Assembly (NCBI GenBank): GCA_017558005.1
Contig: JAFYWN010000014.1
Span: 17,902-81,901 of the forward strand
From: Kiritimatiellia bacterium
GTDB taxonomy: Bacteria > Verrucomicrobiota > Kiritimatiellia > RFP12 > DVOR01
Direction of reading: 5' to 3'
Length of the DNA stretch: 64,000 nt
Part shown: one piece after another, positions 39,212 to 48,254 of the stretch
Layout of the letters: every line of letters starts with the position of its first letter
Numbering within the stretch: the stretch's first letter is position 1
Made by a program: the position numbers and the translations under genes
Notes under the pieces: generated by a model
What the model saw: the letters and a program-made list of their open reading frames with translations, nothing else
Told to the model about the DNA's origin: nothing
Database searches by the model: none

Positions 39212-40807
39212 ATGGGCAAAATTAAAGAAGTTCTGCCTGGACTTGTGGATTTGCAGTATCGCGGCCGCAAGTCGTGGCAGTGGTTGCGCTTTTGGGTTCC
39301 GGCGGAGGGTGAAACGCTCCATACGGGACGGACGGTCTTCATCTGTGCCGTGGTAGGTATCGTGGTGGGGCTGATGTCAATCTGGTTCTTCTCCATGATT
39401 GAGTGGGTGAAGGTGTATGGTCTGGAGTCGTTTGCGCACTATTTTCCGCCGCCTGCGGATGGTGAATTGGCAATCGCGCATCCTTTAGATATTCGCTACA
39501 CGCTGCTGAATCGTATGTGGGGTGGTGGCGAAGTGTGCGGGGTGTACATTCCGTCCTTGGGGACCATCTTTGCAGGGTTGATTCGCTTTCTGCTTCCGGG
39601 CTTGGGGGCGCTTTTGGCTTGTTTGGTGGCGCGACGCTTTGCACCGTCGGCAAGTGGCCACGGCACGGATACGGTGATTGGGGCGTATCATCACTCTGCG
39701 ACGGATTTGCCGATTGCGGTGGCGCCGGTGAAGGTGATTGCGTCGTCTTTGGTGATTGGCTCGGGCGGTTCGGCTGGTGCTGAAGGGCCTGTGACGCAGA
39801 TTGGCGCGGTGTGTGGCACTGCGGTGGCGCGTCTCTTCAAATTAACCCCTTACGAACGTCGCATTTTGCTTGCGGCAGGTATGGCGGCGGGCATTGGTGC
39901 GATTTTTAGGGCGCCGATGGCGGGGGCGCTCTTTGCTGCGGAGATTTTTTATCGTGGCTTTGACTTAGAGGGTGATGTTTTGATTCCCTCGATGGTGGCC
40001 TCAACGATTTCCTACATGACCTTCGCGTGCGTCTTCGGATGGGATCCTGTCTTTTACACGCCACAGGAATTCTTTAATTCGCCGATTAAATTTGTGTGTT
40101 ACACACTGCTCGCTTTCATTATTGCGGCGGCGGTGCGCTTTAACATCCTCTTCTTCCGTCAGACGGAGATTGCCTTCCATCGTTTAAAGGTGAAGCCGTG
40201 GCAGAAACCGCTCATTGGCGGTTTGATGGTGGGTGCGCTGGGGCTTTTTTTTCCGCAGATTCTCTCCTCTGGGTATGGCTACATCCAGCAAACCTTACAG
40301 GGCAACCAGGCGGTGTTGGATTCGCCTTACTTTGGTCAGCACATTGTGTTGTTGCTCTTGGGCCTTGGGATTTTGAAGGCGATTGCGACCTCGTTCAGCG
40401 TGGGCTCGGGCGGTTCGGGGGGCATGCTGGGCCCAGCACTTTTCAGTGGTGCGATGTATGGCGCGAGCGTGGGGGCATTGTTTGATTGGCTCTTCCCAGA
40501 TTTGCAGATTAGCATTGCGAACTGCGCAATGATTGGCATGGCGGGCTATCTTACGGCAGCGGTGCGTACGCCCCTCGCGGCAATTTTGATGGTGAGTGAA
40601 TTCACGGGCAACCACAATCTGCTTCTGCCAGCGATGTGGGTCTGCGGATTCTCCTTCTTGATGACGCCCGGGTGGACGCTCTACAAGAGCCAACGCCGTG
40701 ACCGCGACTCTTCGCCGGTGCATCAAGTGCGACACAGTTCGATTCTCCATGCTTCTGCGGTGCGCGTGCGGGCAGTCCCGCGTGCAAAACGCCCCAAACA
40801 ATCTTAA
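39212..40807 (+). CDS. ClC-family chloride channel / H+-Cl- exchanger
   Basis: A multi-pass membrane protein with ClC signature regions GSGGSAGAEGP, GIGAIFRAPMAGALFAAE and GSGGSGGMLGPALF. Confidence 0.85.
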   Translation: MGKIKEVLPGLVDLQYRGRKSWQWLRFWVPAEGETLHTGRTVFICAVVGIVVGLMSIWFFSMIEWVKVYGLESFAHYFPPPADGELAIAHPLDIRYTLLNRMWGGGEVCGVYIPSLGTIFAGLIRFLLPGLGALLACLVARRFAPSASGHGTDTVIGAYHHSATDLPIAVAPVKVIASSLVIGSGGSAGAEGPVTQIGAVCGTAVARLFKLTPYERRILLAAGMAAGIGAIFRAPMAGALFAAEIFYRGFDLEGDVLIPSMVASTISYMTFACVFGWDPVFYTPQEFFNSPIKFVCYTLLAFIIAAAVRFNILFFRQTEIAFHRLKVKPWQKPLIGGLMVGALGLFFPQILSSGYGYIQQTLQGNQAVLDSPYFGQHIVLLLLGLGILKAIATSFSVGSGGSGGMLGPALFSGAMYGASVGALFDWLFPDLQISIANCAMIGMAGYLTAAVRTPLAAILMVSEFTGNHNLLLPAMWVCGFSFLMTPGWTLYKSQRRDRDSSPVHQVRHSSILHASAVRVRAVPRAKRPKQS

Positions 40808-40881
40808 TGCTTTAGCTCGCGAAGGGGCGCTTGAGGCCCCGTTCGCTGGGTTTATTTCCTTCAATTTTAACTAATCTAATT

Positions 40882-42084
40882 ATGTCTGACGAATCTACAC
40901 TTCCTGAAGAGCTCGCTGAGGAAATCCGCACCCGTGTATTTGGCGAGGGATTTATCCGTCTTACGCAGTCATTAACCCGTGATGGGGCACCCTTCCGGAT
41001 TTCGTTGCGTCCCGTACGCCTCAAAGGTGAGGTGTTTATGCAAGCGGAGATGTGCGACAATGGCCGTACACAGGTGCGTAACCTTTCTGATAATGCTGCA
41101 CGGAAGGGTTTGGAAGATATTTTGCGCCAACCCGGCAAGCGCGATTTGCATGTGATTAGTACGGCAGGGGATTTGCATGTCCGCGTGACGAAGAAGGGTA
41201 AACCGCTCGTGTCGCGCGGCAAGCCGAAGGCAACCGCTGGTGCAGAGGCTCCGATTATTCAGGACGGGCACGACCATGTGAAGAAGCAACCCCTCACCTC
41301 GTTTGACGCGGTGCCGCTTTTGCGCGTGTTGGGGTTGGCCGATAACCGTGGGCAGATTAAGCCCTCGATGCGTGGCAAATACGATCAGGTGAATGCCCTA
41401 TTGCGTGCGGTCGAACCCCTCTTGCCGGCCACGGCACCAACGCAGTTCTCCGTGGTGGACTGCGGGTGCGGTAAGGCGTATTTGACGTTGGCCCTGCATC
41501 GCTATTTGGTCTGCGCGAAGGGTTGGCGCAATGTGCGCATCCTCGGCATTGATAAGAATGAATCCGTGATTGCTTCTGCGCGTGAGATGGCAGATGCACT
41601 GGGCATTGGCGATGAAGTCACCTTCCAGGTTAGCATGATTGAGTCGGCGGAGTTTCCAAAAGAGCCCGACCTGGTGATGAGTTTGCATGCGTGCGATACG
41701 GCGACGGATGATGCCTTGATCGCCGCAGTGAAGACAAAGGCGGCAGGCATCCTCTGCGTGCCGTGTTGCCAACACGAATTGCACCACGCCTTAGAAGGTG
41801 GCGATGCGATGCGCGCGGTTTTGCGTCATGGGATCTTGCGCGAACGTTTGGCCGATCTCTTAACCGATACTTTCCGTGCTCAGGTTCTGCGCATTTGCGG
41901 TTATCGTGCCCGCGTGATGGAATTTGTCTCTGCTGAGGCGACTGGGCGTAATATCCTTATTCGTGCCGAAAAGGGTGTGCGCCCTGGTCTCGGGGAGGCG
42001 GTGGCAGAATACGAAAAGCTTTGCGATTTCTGGGGCGTAGAGCCCTATATCGGCAAGGCCCTCGCCCCACGCCAACAAGATTGA
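40882..42084 (+). CDS. class I SAM-dependent methyltransferase (Methyltransf_32-like) with N-terminal domain of unknown function
   Basis: Motif I VVDCGCGKAYLT and SLHACDTATDDAL are present. The start is trimmed to ATG 40882; the listed ORF begins at 40831 inside the ClC 3' flank. Confidence 0.7.
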   Translation: MSDESTLPEELAEEIRTRVFGEGFIRLTQSLTRDGAPFRISLRPVRLKGEVFMQAEMCDNGRTQVRNLSDNAARKGLEDILRQPGKRDLHVISTAGDLHVRVTKKGKPLVSRGKPKATAGAEAPIIQDGHDHVKKQPLTSFDAVPLLRVLGLADNRGQIKPSMRGKYDQVNALLRAVEPLLPATAPTQFSVVDCGCGKAYLTLALHRYLVCAKGWRNVRILGIDKNESVIASAREMADALGIGDEVTFQVSMIESAEFPKEPDLVMSLHACDTATDDALIAAVKTKAAGILCVPCCQHELHHALEGGDAMRAVLRHGILRERLADLLTDTFRAQVLRICGYRARVMEFVSAEATGRNILIRAEKGVRPGLGEAVAEYEKLCDFWGVEPYIGKALAPRQQD

Positions 42085-42222
42085 CGCACTGTCTACGACG
42101 TAATGCAGGGCGTGGGCATCCTTTGAAATGTCTATCTGCCCGCGGAGAGAAAGCGTATACTATCTCCGTTAATTTGGTAAAACGATTTTAATGAATGCAA
42201 ATTTAACGAAAGGAATTCTCAA

Positions 42223-42900
42223 ATGAAATTGAAATTAATCGCCTCCCTCTGTGCTGCAGTCACCGCTTGCGTGGTGATGGCCTCCGAAAAGCCCGCCATT
42301 GAAGGTGCTGAACTCGGTAAGTGGACGATGGATGTCGCCGCAGCAAAGACGCTCGCTAAGGAAACGGGCAAGCCGCTTTTCTATAACTTCACGGGTAGCG
42401 ACTGGTGCGGTTGGTGTCAGCTCATGGATAAGAAGGTCTTCTCTCAGGAAGCTTGGCAGGCTTATGCGGCCGAAAATTTGGTGTTGGTCTGGATCGACTT
42501 CCCGCGCAAGAAGGATCATATGCCCGCAGGAATGCTCGAACGCAATGATGCACTCGCCAAGCAGTACAAGGTGGAAGGTTATCCTACCTACATCATCCTC
42601 GCTCCCGATGGTGAGACGGTAATCGGTGACCTCGGCGCAGAAACTGAAGGCGGCCCCGAAGCTTTCGTGCGTAGTGTGCAGCGCGTGCTCCTGATTTCGA
42701 AGATGGAAACGCTCCTCTCTGCAGAAGACTATGCCGCGTGGCAGGCTTTGGATGGAGAACGTAAAGCCCTCGAAACGAAGGTCGCTAAGTGGCAGGATAA
42801 GGCGCGTAAGGAAGCAGAAGCCTTCCAGATGGCCTTTAAGGAACTCGCCGGAAAGCGTAATGCACTCTTGGATAAGGCCGTTGAAGCTGAGAAAAAGTAA
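42223..42900 (+). CDS. secreted thioredoxin-fold protein (Thioredoxin_7/DUF255-like, CxxC) with C-terminal coiled coil
   Basis: The signal peptide is MKLKLIASLCAAVTACVVMA. The redox motif is FTGSDWCGWCQLMD. An RBS AAAGGA lies upstream. Confidence 0.8.
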   Translation: MKLKLIASLCAAVTACVVMASEKPAIEGAELGKWTMDVAAAKTLAKETGKPLFYNFTGSDWCGWCQLMDKKVFSQEAWQAYAAENLVLVWIDFPRKKDHMPAGMLERNDALAKQYKVEGYPTYIILAPDGETVIGDLGAETEGGPEAFVRSVQRVLLISKMETLLSAEDYAAWQALDGERKALETKVAKWQDKARKEAEAFQMAFKELAGKRNALLDKAVEAEKK

Positions 42901-42923
42901 TCCAACCTTTTTCTTGTAAAAAT

Positions 42924-42958
42924 AAAACCGCACGCAGAGGGCGTGCGGTTTTATTTTT
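42924..42958 (+). terminator. rho-independent terminator
   Basis: Hairpin CCGCACGC-agagg-GCGTGCGG flanked by an A-run and TTTTATTTTT. Confidence 0.7.
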
Positions 42959-42960
42959 AG

Positions 42961-43330
42961 GAGGGGCGTATGCAGGGCGACGCCGCGCCCTGCCGCACCA
43001 CGCTTAGGGCGGCTAACGCCGCAGGTCGATGGGGAGAGATGCTACGGCGCGGAGGAGGGGTCGAGGTGGGGGCTACTTCGCCCCCGCACCCCTCAGGCAG
43101 GACTAGTCCTGCACGCTGCGCATCCTACGGATGCTTTTAGGGATGCTCACGGGAGGGACGTGGCGGCGCGGAGGAGGGGACGAGGTGGGGGCTACTTCGC
43201 CCCCACACCCCTCAGGCAGGACTGAGTCCTGCACGCTGCGCATCCTGCGGATGCTTTTATGGTGCTCACGGGAGTGACGCTACGGTGCGGAGGGTGCAAC
43301 CTGGCACCGCAGGTGGATTGTTTTTAACTT
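42961..43330. repeat. REP-C array (two about 118 bp units plus flanking partial units)
   Basis: The unit GGCGCGGAGGAGGGG(T/A)CGAGGTGGGGGCTACTTCGCCCCC(G/A)CACCCCTCAGGCAGGACT(A/G)AGTCCTGCACGCTGCGCATCCT(A/G)CGGATGCTTTTA occurs at about 43041-43158 and 43159-43277. Hairpins are GCAGGACT-n-AGTCCTGC, GGGGGC-tactt-GCCCCC and CATCC-tacg-GGATG. Confidence 0.8.
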
Positions 43331-43334
43331 TTGG

Positions 43335-43363
43335 TTGCATATAGGTGTGAAATAAGGTATTCT
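43335..43363 (+). promoter_or_regulatory. sigma70-like promoter (TTGCAT-17-TATTCT)
   Basis: The -35 is at 43335-43340 and the -10 at 43358-43363, preceded by AATAAGG as in the giant-gene promoters. Confidence 0.4.
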
Positions 43364-43383
43364 ATAGGTAGAAAGATTGTGTT

Positions 43384-44928
43384 ATGACATCAATGCGATA
43401 CATCCTTTTCTTTTCCGTGATGCTTGCAGGTTCGCTGCAGGCGCAGAATTGGCTTTCTCCTTCTAAGGATGCTGAAGGCAAGCCCATCCAGTACACCTTT
43501 TTAGAGAAGGGGACGACGATGGCGGATGGCACGAAGCAGATTTCTTTGCCGTCTGCAAATGCACCTGGTTGGTCGGTCTTTAATGCGCCTTCGAAGGCAT
43601 TAGAGGCGGCGCAGCCCTATGATATTTCGACTGAAGATAAGACGAAGGGTGAGCTGCGATTTAATGAGCGCCTTGATAACAAGCAGACCTTTTTGGCGCT
43701 CGGCATTAGCCAAGATGCTAATGATGTGACTCAGAATCCTGTGGCGATGACGCCCACGGCGGACAATAAGATTCGTGTAGATTCGGTGTATGCAAAGGTG
43801 CGCTTTGTGGAGTGTGCCGAAGTACCAGATATCACGATGCTGAAGGAGATGTATCCTTCTTACGATGAGAGTCCGAGTGTCTTGGGTGATTCGGCAGTGT
43901 CGGTGGCGGCGAAGTTGGGGGTTTTCGTTGATGCTTTTGGTCGCTTCCAAGTGGCGCGCATGAGCGCAGATGCGATTGGAACGGGCGAACCTGAAGATTA
44001 TGCCTTTGAATTTGTTGAATCGAAGTACACCTATTCGGATGTGGATGCCAACTGCGATGATGTGACGATTCGTATTGAATTCCGCACGTATTGTGAAGAT
44101 GGTGACACGTTTGGCCGTCGCGCCTTTCGTATCTATGCGCAGGGCGAGGATAAGGATGGGGCGCTGCAAGAGAAGTGCTTGACGGAAGGTCTCGGCTATC
44201 CGTGGTTGATTAATGAAGACGGTAATTACCAGTTCGACTTCTCCAAGTTAGGGGAAGGTGAGTGGTTTTATGCGTTGGATAGTGGTGTGATTTTCACGGG
44301 CGCGAATACATTGGATGCTTCATCGTTGGACACTTTGAATCGTTTGGCGGTTTCTGCAACTGCGGGTGGCTTCTATTCCGCGTGGATGGAGATGGCGGAG
44401 TTTGTGGATCACAAGACGCTCGCCACGTATGAAACGGCACAGTTTACCTCGTATGTTGCGACGACGAATATGGCGCTGCACAATCTTTATACCGATTGGG
44501 CAACCAAGTACAACGTGGATCTGACAGACTATTTGGTGAAGAAGACCGAAGGAGTTTCGCTTTTCTCGGCAACCACTTCTGCGGATACAGAGAGAGCCTT
44601 TGATGCGTTCTTGCTCTATATGGATCCTGCAACGAATGCGCCATTGCGTCTGACCGTGACGGGCATTGTTCCCGAGGGTGACACCCTTTCTTTCACGGTG
44701 ACTGGACCTGAAGGGTGCGATTTACGCGAAGCGGCTACCCGTGCAGCACGCTTGTGCATTCGTCGCGCGGCAGACTTGGCCTCACTCGCCACTGCAGAGT
44801 CGAAGGAATACGATATTGCTTTCTCGGCTGATGGCGCCTCTGCCTCTTTCGCATTGCCTAAACTTGAAGCGGAGACTGAACTGCCCTTCTTGCAGGCAAC
44901 GCTTGTCCCCGTGGCGGATGTTGAATGA
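43384..44928 (+). CDS. secreted hypothetical protein (514 aa), no recognisable domain
   Basis: A long ORF with the signal peptide MTSMRYILFFSVMLAGSLQAQ. I recognise no family-specific motif. Confidence 0.65.
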   Translation: MTSMRYILFFSVMLAGSLQAQNWLSPSKDAEGKPIQYTFLEKGTTMADGTKQISLPSANAPGWSVFNAPSKALEAAQPYDISTEDKTKGELRFNERLDNKQTFLALGISQDANDVTQNPVAMTPTADNKIRVDSVYAKVRFVECAEVPDITMLKEMYPSYDESPSVLGDSAVSVAAKLGVFVDAFGRFQVARMSADAIGTGEPEDYAFEFVESKYTYSDVDANCDDVTIRIEFRTYCEDGDTFGRRAFRIYAQGEDKDGALQEKCLTEGLGYPWLINEDGNYQFDFSKLGEGEWFYALDSGVIFTGANTLDASSLDTLNRLAVSATAGGFYSAWMEMAEFVDHKTLATYETAQFTSYVATTNMALHNLYTDWATKYNVDLTDYLVKKTEGVSLFSATTSADTERAFDAFLLYMDPATNAPLRLTVTGIVPEGDTLSFTVTGPEGCDLREAATRAARLCIRRAADLASLATAESKEYDIAFSADGASASFALPKLEAETELPFLQATLVPVADVE

Positions 44929-44997
44929 GTCACAACACAGAGAACCGCGTTTGAATGCAAAAAGCTTAAACTTTTTGCGGGAAAACGCGGCTTTTCT

Positions 44998-45026
44998 TTG
45001 CCTTTCGTATTGATTTAATGTATAAT
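44998..45026 (+). promoter_or_regulatory. sigma70-like promoter of thrS (TTGCCT-17-TATAAT)
   Basis: The -35 is at 44998-45003 and the -10 at 45021-45026. SD AAGGAG precedes ATG 45056. Confidence 0.45.
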
Positions 45027-45055
45027 TTCACGCTGATTTCAAGGAGTTTATAGAA

Positions 45056-46795
45056 ATGAGCGCAACAATTGAAGAAATTCGGCACAGTGCGGCCCACCTC
45101 GTGGCCTCCGCCGTCTGTTCGTTGTTTGATAATGTAAAAATTGACATCGGTCCGGCTACGGATGATGGTTTTTATTACGATTTTGATTTGGAACATCGCC
45201 TGAGTGCGGAAGATTTTCCGGCGATTGAAAAGGCGGTTCGGAAGTTGATTGGTGCGAAGTTGCCCTTCGTGCGTGAAGAAGTGACACGCGAACAGGCGAC
45301 GGAAATCTTTAAGGACCAGCCTTACAAATTGGACCGTTTGGCCGATATCCCAGAAGGGGAACCGGTCTCGATTTATCGCACAGGCGATTATGTGGACCTC
45401 TGCCGTGGCCCTCATGTGGAGCACAGTGGGTGCATTGGTGCGGTGAAGTTGATGAGTGTGGCAGGTAGCTACTATCGCGGTAACGAAAAGAATAAGATGC
45501 TTCAGCGTCTCTATGGTATCGCGGCCACCTCGCAGAAGGATCTTGATGCGATTATCAACCGCATTGAAGAGGCCAAGAAGCGCGACCATCGTAAGTTGGG
45601 TAAAGAATTAGAACTCTTTACGATTACCGAAAGCGTGGGGCCTGGTTTGGCACATTGGTTGCCCAAGGGTGCACGCGTTCGTGTGGCGATTGAAGACTAT
45701 TGGCGCAAGGAACACTTCCGCCATGGTTATGAAATGCTCTTCACGCCGCACATTGGTCGCGCCAACCTCTGGCAGACCTCTGGCCACCTCGGCTTCTACA
45801 AGGATGGCATGTTCCCCCCGATGAACGTCACCGAGGGCGAAGGCGACAAGGCTGTGCAGGAAACGTACTATGCTAAGCCGATGAACTGCCCCTTCCACAT
45901 TCAGGCTTATCTCGCGAAGAAGTACAGCTATCGTGATTTGCCGTTGCGTTGGGCAGAACTCGGCACCGTGTATCGTTACGAGAAGGACGGCGTGCGCCAT
46001 GGTCTCTTCCGTGTGCGTGGCTTTACGCAGGACGATGCGCACATCTTCTGCGCACCGGAGAAGATTGAAGACGAAATTCGCTTCACGGTGAAGTTCTGCT
46101 TGCACATTTTGCATCGTTTCGGCTTTAAGGATATCACCGCTTACCTCTCCACGCGTCCCGAAAAGGCCGTGGGCGACCCCGAAAAGTGGGAACAAGCCAC
46201 TGCGTCGTTGCGCTCGGCACTCGAAGCCGAAGGCATGCACTACGAAGTGGATGAAGGCGGTGGCGCATTCTATGGTCCGAAAATTGACATGAAGATCAAG
46301 GATGCCCTCGGCCGTGAATGGCAGCTCGGTACGATTCAATTCGACTTCAACCTGCCCGAACGCTTTGATTTGACCTATGTCGGTGAAGATGGTAAGGAAC
46401 ACCGTCCCTACATGGTGCACCGCGCACTGCTCGGTTCGCTCGAACGCTTCTTCGGCATCTTGATTGAACACTATGCCGGCGCCTTCCCTGCGTGGTTGGC
46501 TCCCGTGCAAGCGAAGGTGCTGCCCATCACGGATGCACAGCTCCCCATGGCGAAGGACGTGCTTGCGAAGTTGCAGGCGGCTGATGTCCGCGTGGAAATT
46601 GACCCCTCCAGCGATAAGGTGGGCGCAAAGATCCGCAAGGCAACCCTCGCAAAGATTCCGTACATGCTCGTCATTGGTGGCCGCGAAGCCGAAGCAGGCG
46701 TTGTGGCCGTGCGTAGCCGCGAAAAGGGCGACCTTGGCACCATGACCCCCGAAGCCTTTATCGAGATGATTCGTCAAGAAACATCTCAGAACTGA
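45056..46795 (+). CDS. thrS: threonine--tRNA ligase (lacks N-terminal TGS domain)
   Basis: The 579-aa protein begins at the editing-domain motif RHSAAHLVA...GPATDDGFYYDFD. Class II catalytic and anticodon-binding regions follow. Confidence 0.95.
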   Translation: MSATIEEIRHSAAHLVASAVCSLFDNVKIDIGPATDDGFYYDFDLEHRLSAEDFPAIEKAVRKLIGAKLPFVREEVTREQATEIFKDQPYKLDRLADIPEGEPVSIYRTGDYVDLCRGPHVEHSGCIGAVKLMSVAGSYYRGNEKNKMLQRLYGIAATSQKDLDAIINRIEEAKKRDHRKLGKELELFTITESVGPGLAHWLPKGARVRVAIEDYWRKEHFRHGYEMLFTPHIGRANLWQTSGHLGFYKDGMFPPMNVTEGEGDKAVQETYYAKPMNCPFHIQAYLAKKYSYRDLPLRWAELGTVYRYEKDGVRHGLFRVRGFTQDDAHIFCAPEKIEDEIRFTVKFCLHILHRFGFKDITAYLSTRPEKAVGDPEKWEQATASLRSALEAEGMHYEVDEGGGAFYGPKIDMKIKDALGREWQLGTIQFDFNLPERFDLTYVGEDGKEHRPYMVHRALLGSLERFFGILIEHYAGAFPAWLAPVQAKVLPITDAQLPMAKDVLAKLQAADVRVEIDPSSDKVGAKIRKATLAKIPYMLVIGGREAEAGVVAVRSREKGDLGTMTPEAFIEMIRQETSQN

Positions 46796-46824
46796 AAACA
46801 ACAACCCTAACAGGAGAGATTCAC

Positions 46825-47469
46825 TTGGCCTTCCCCCAAGACCGTCAGGAACAGAACGGACGCAAGACAAACACCTTCGTCCGCACAAACTATAAAATCC
46901 GCGTGCCGGAAGTTCGCGTGGTTGATTCCACCGGCAAGATGCTCGGCGTCATGCCGACACGCAAAGCGCAAGCCCTCGCTGAGGCACAGGGACTTGACCT
47001 CGTTGAAATTACGCCCGGCGCTCAACCGCCTGTGTGTAAGTTGATGGACTACGGCAAGTTTCGCTATGAGGAAAGCCTCAAGCAGAAGCAGGCCCGTAAG
47101 AATGCTAAGGCAACGCAGGTCAAGGAAATCAAGTTCCACGCCGCGACGGATGTCGGTGACGTGACCCGTAAGGTCAAGGAAATTCTCGGCTTCATTGAAC
47201 AAGGCAACAAGGTTAAGGTCTCGCTGATGTTCCGCGGACGTGAAAACGCACACCGTGAACTTGGTCAGGAGATGATTGATAACGTGATCAATCTCTGCGG
47301 CGAAAAAGTTCAGGTGGAGCAGGCTCCCAAATTGCTCGGCCGTACGCTCAGCTGTATGCTTGCGCCGAAGTCTGTTAAGGGTGGCAAGAAGGCAGCTCCC
47401 GCTGCTGAACAGCCCCAGCAGGCGCCTGCACCTCGTCCCGCAACTGGCCTTAGCCCGACCCGCTCCTAA
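46825..47469 (+). CDS. infC: translation initiation factor IF-3
   Basis: INYKIRVPEVRVVDSTGKMLGVM and a conserved C-domain are present. It follows thrS. The apparent start is TTG, 7 nt after AGGAGA; non-ATG starts are characteristic of infC. There is an Ala/Pro-rich C-terminal tail. Confidence 0.9.
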   Translation: MAFPQDRQEQNGRKTNTFVRTNYKIRVPEVRVVDSTGKMLGVMPTRKAQALAEAQGLDLVEITPGAQPPVCKLMDYGKFRYEESLKQKQARKNAKATQVKEIKFHAATDVGDVTRKVKEILGFIEQGNKVKVSLMFRGRENAHRELGQEMIDNVINLCGEKVQVEQAPKLLGRTLSCMLAPKSVKGGKKAAPAAEQPQQAPAPRPATGLSPTRS

Positions 47470-47472
47470 GGC

Positions 47473-48093
47473 ATGAAGCGACTTGTCTTTGTCGGGCCTG
47501 GACGTATCGGCGAAGCCGTACGCGCCAGCTTTGAATCAGAAGACTACACCATTACCGTGCTCTCTCGTCGAGAGTACGGTAATTTTTTATCGCCTGACTT
47601 CGCACCTGAGGCGGCCGTTGCCACGCTTACCGCGTGCGATGCGGTCATCTTTTTTGCGGGCTTATTTGAGCTCAATGCACCTGAAGCGCGCATGGAGCAG
47701 GCGAATTGTGGTGCGATTCGGCGATTGGCGGAAGCAATTCACGCCCGCTTCCCGCAGGCTCAGGTAATTACCTTCCTTGATGCGCGCATCCACCGCACCC
47801 TGGAGTCTCTGCCAGAGGCTGTGCGCGCCTATGTCAAGTCCAAGCAAACCCTTGCCCAATGGACGCTTGAAGCGGCCAGCGACTGGGGCAAAAGTACAGG
47901 TGCGCGGGTTAATGCCATTGCGCCAGGGCCTGTTCTGCCGCCGCCCAATAAGCAACACTCCGAGAAGGCGGGGGACTGTTTAACGCCCCGCCCAACGCCT
48001 GCGGATGTTGCCGCAGCGCTAAAATTCCTGCTCCATACGCCCTCGGTGACAGGGCAGGTGCTCTATGTTGCCGCGGGGCAACAATTGCTTTAA
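47473..48093 (+). CDS. short-chain dehydrogenase/reductase-like protein (atypical, 206 aa)
   Basis: It has the Rossmann-like start VFVGPGRIGEA, a YVKSK (YxxxK) motif and NAIAPGPV. The substrate is unknown. Confidence 0.55.
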   Translation: MKRLVFVGPGRIGEAVRASFESEDYTITVLSRREYGNFLSPDFAPEAAVATLTACDAVIFFAGLFELNAPEARMEQANCGAIRRLAEAIHARFPQAQVITFLDARIHRTLESLPEAVRAYVKSKQTLAQWTLEAASDWGKSTGARVNAIAPGPVLPPPNKQHSEKAGDCLTPRPTPADVAAALKFLLHTPSVTGQVLYVAAGQQLL

Positions 48094-48254
48094 GGGCGAA
48101 AGCCGCGCGTCATGAAGGTGGAAATGGCCGCTTTTTGCGTTGAAAAACGTCAAAATGGCGAGATTTCTCTCTTAGATTACGAGACAGGCGCGCGTAGATT
48201 TTGATACAATGTGTACGAATTACTTTGTGAAACGTTAATGAGACGGGAGCAAGC

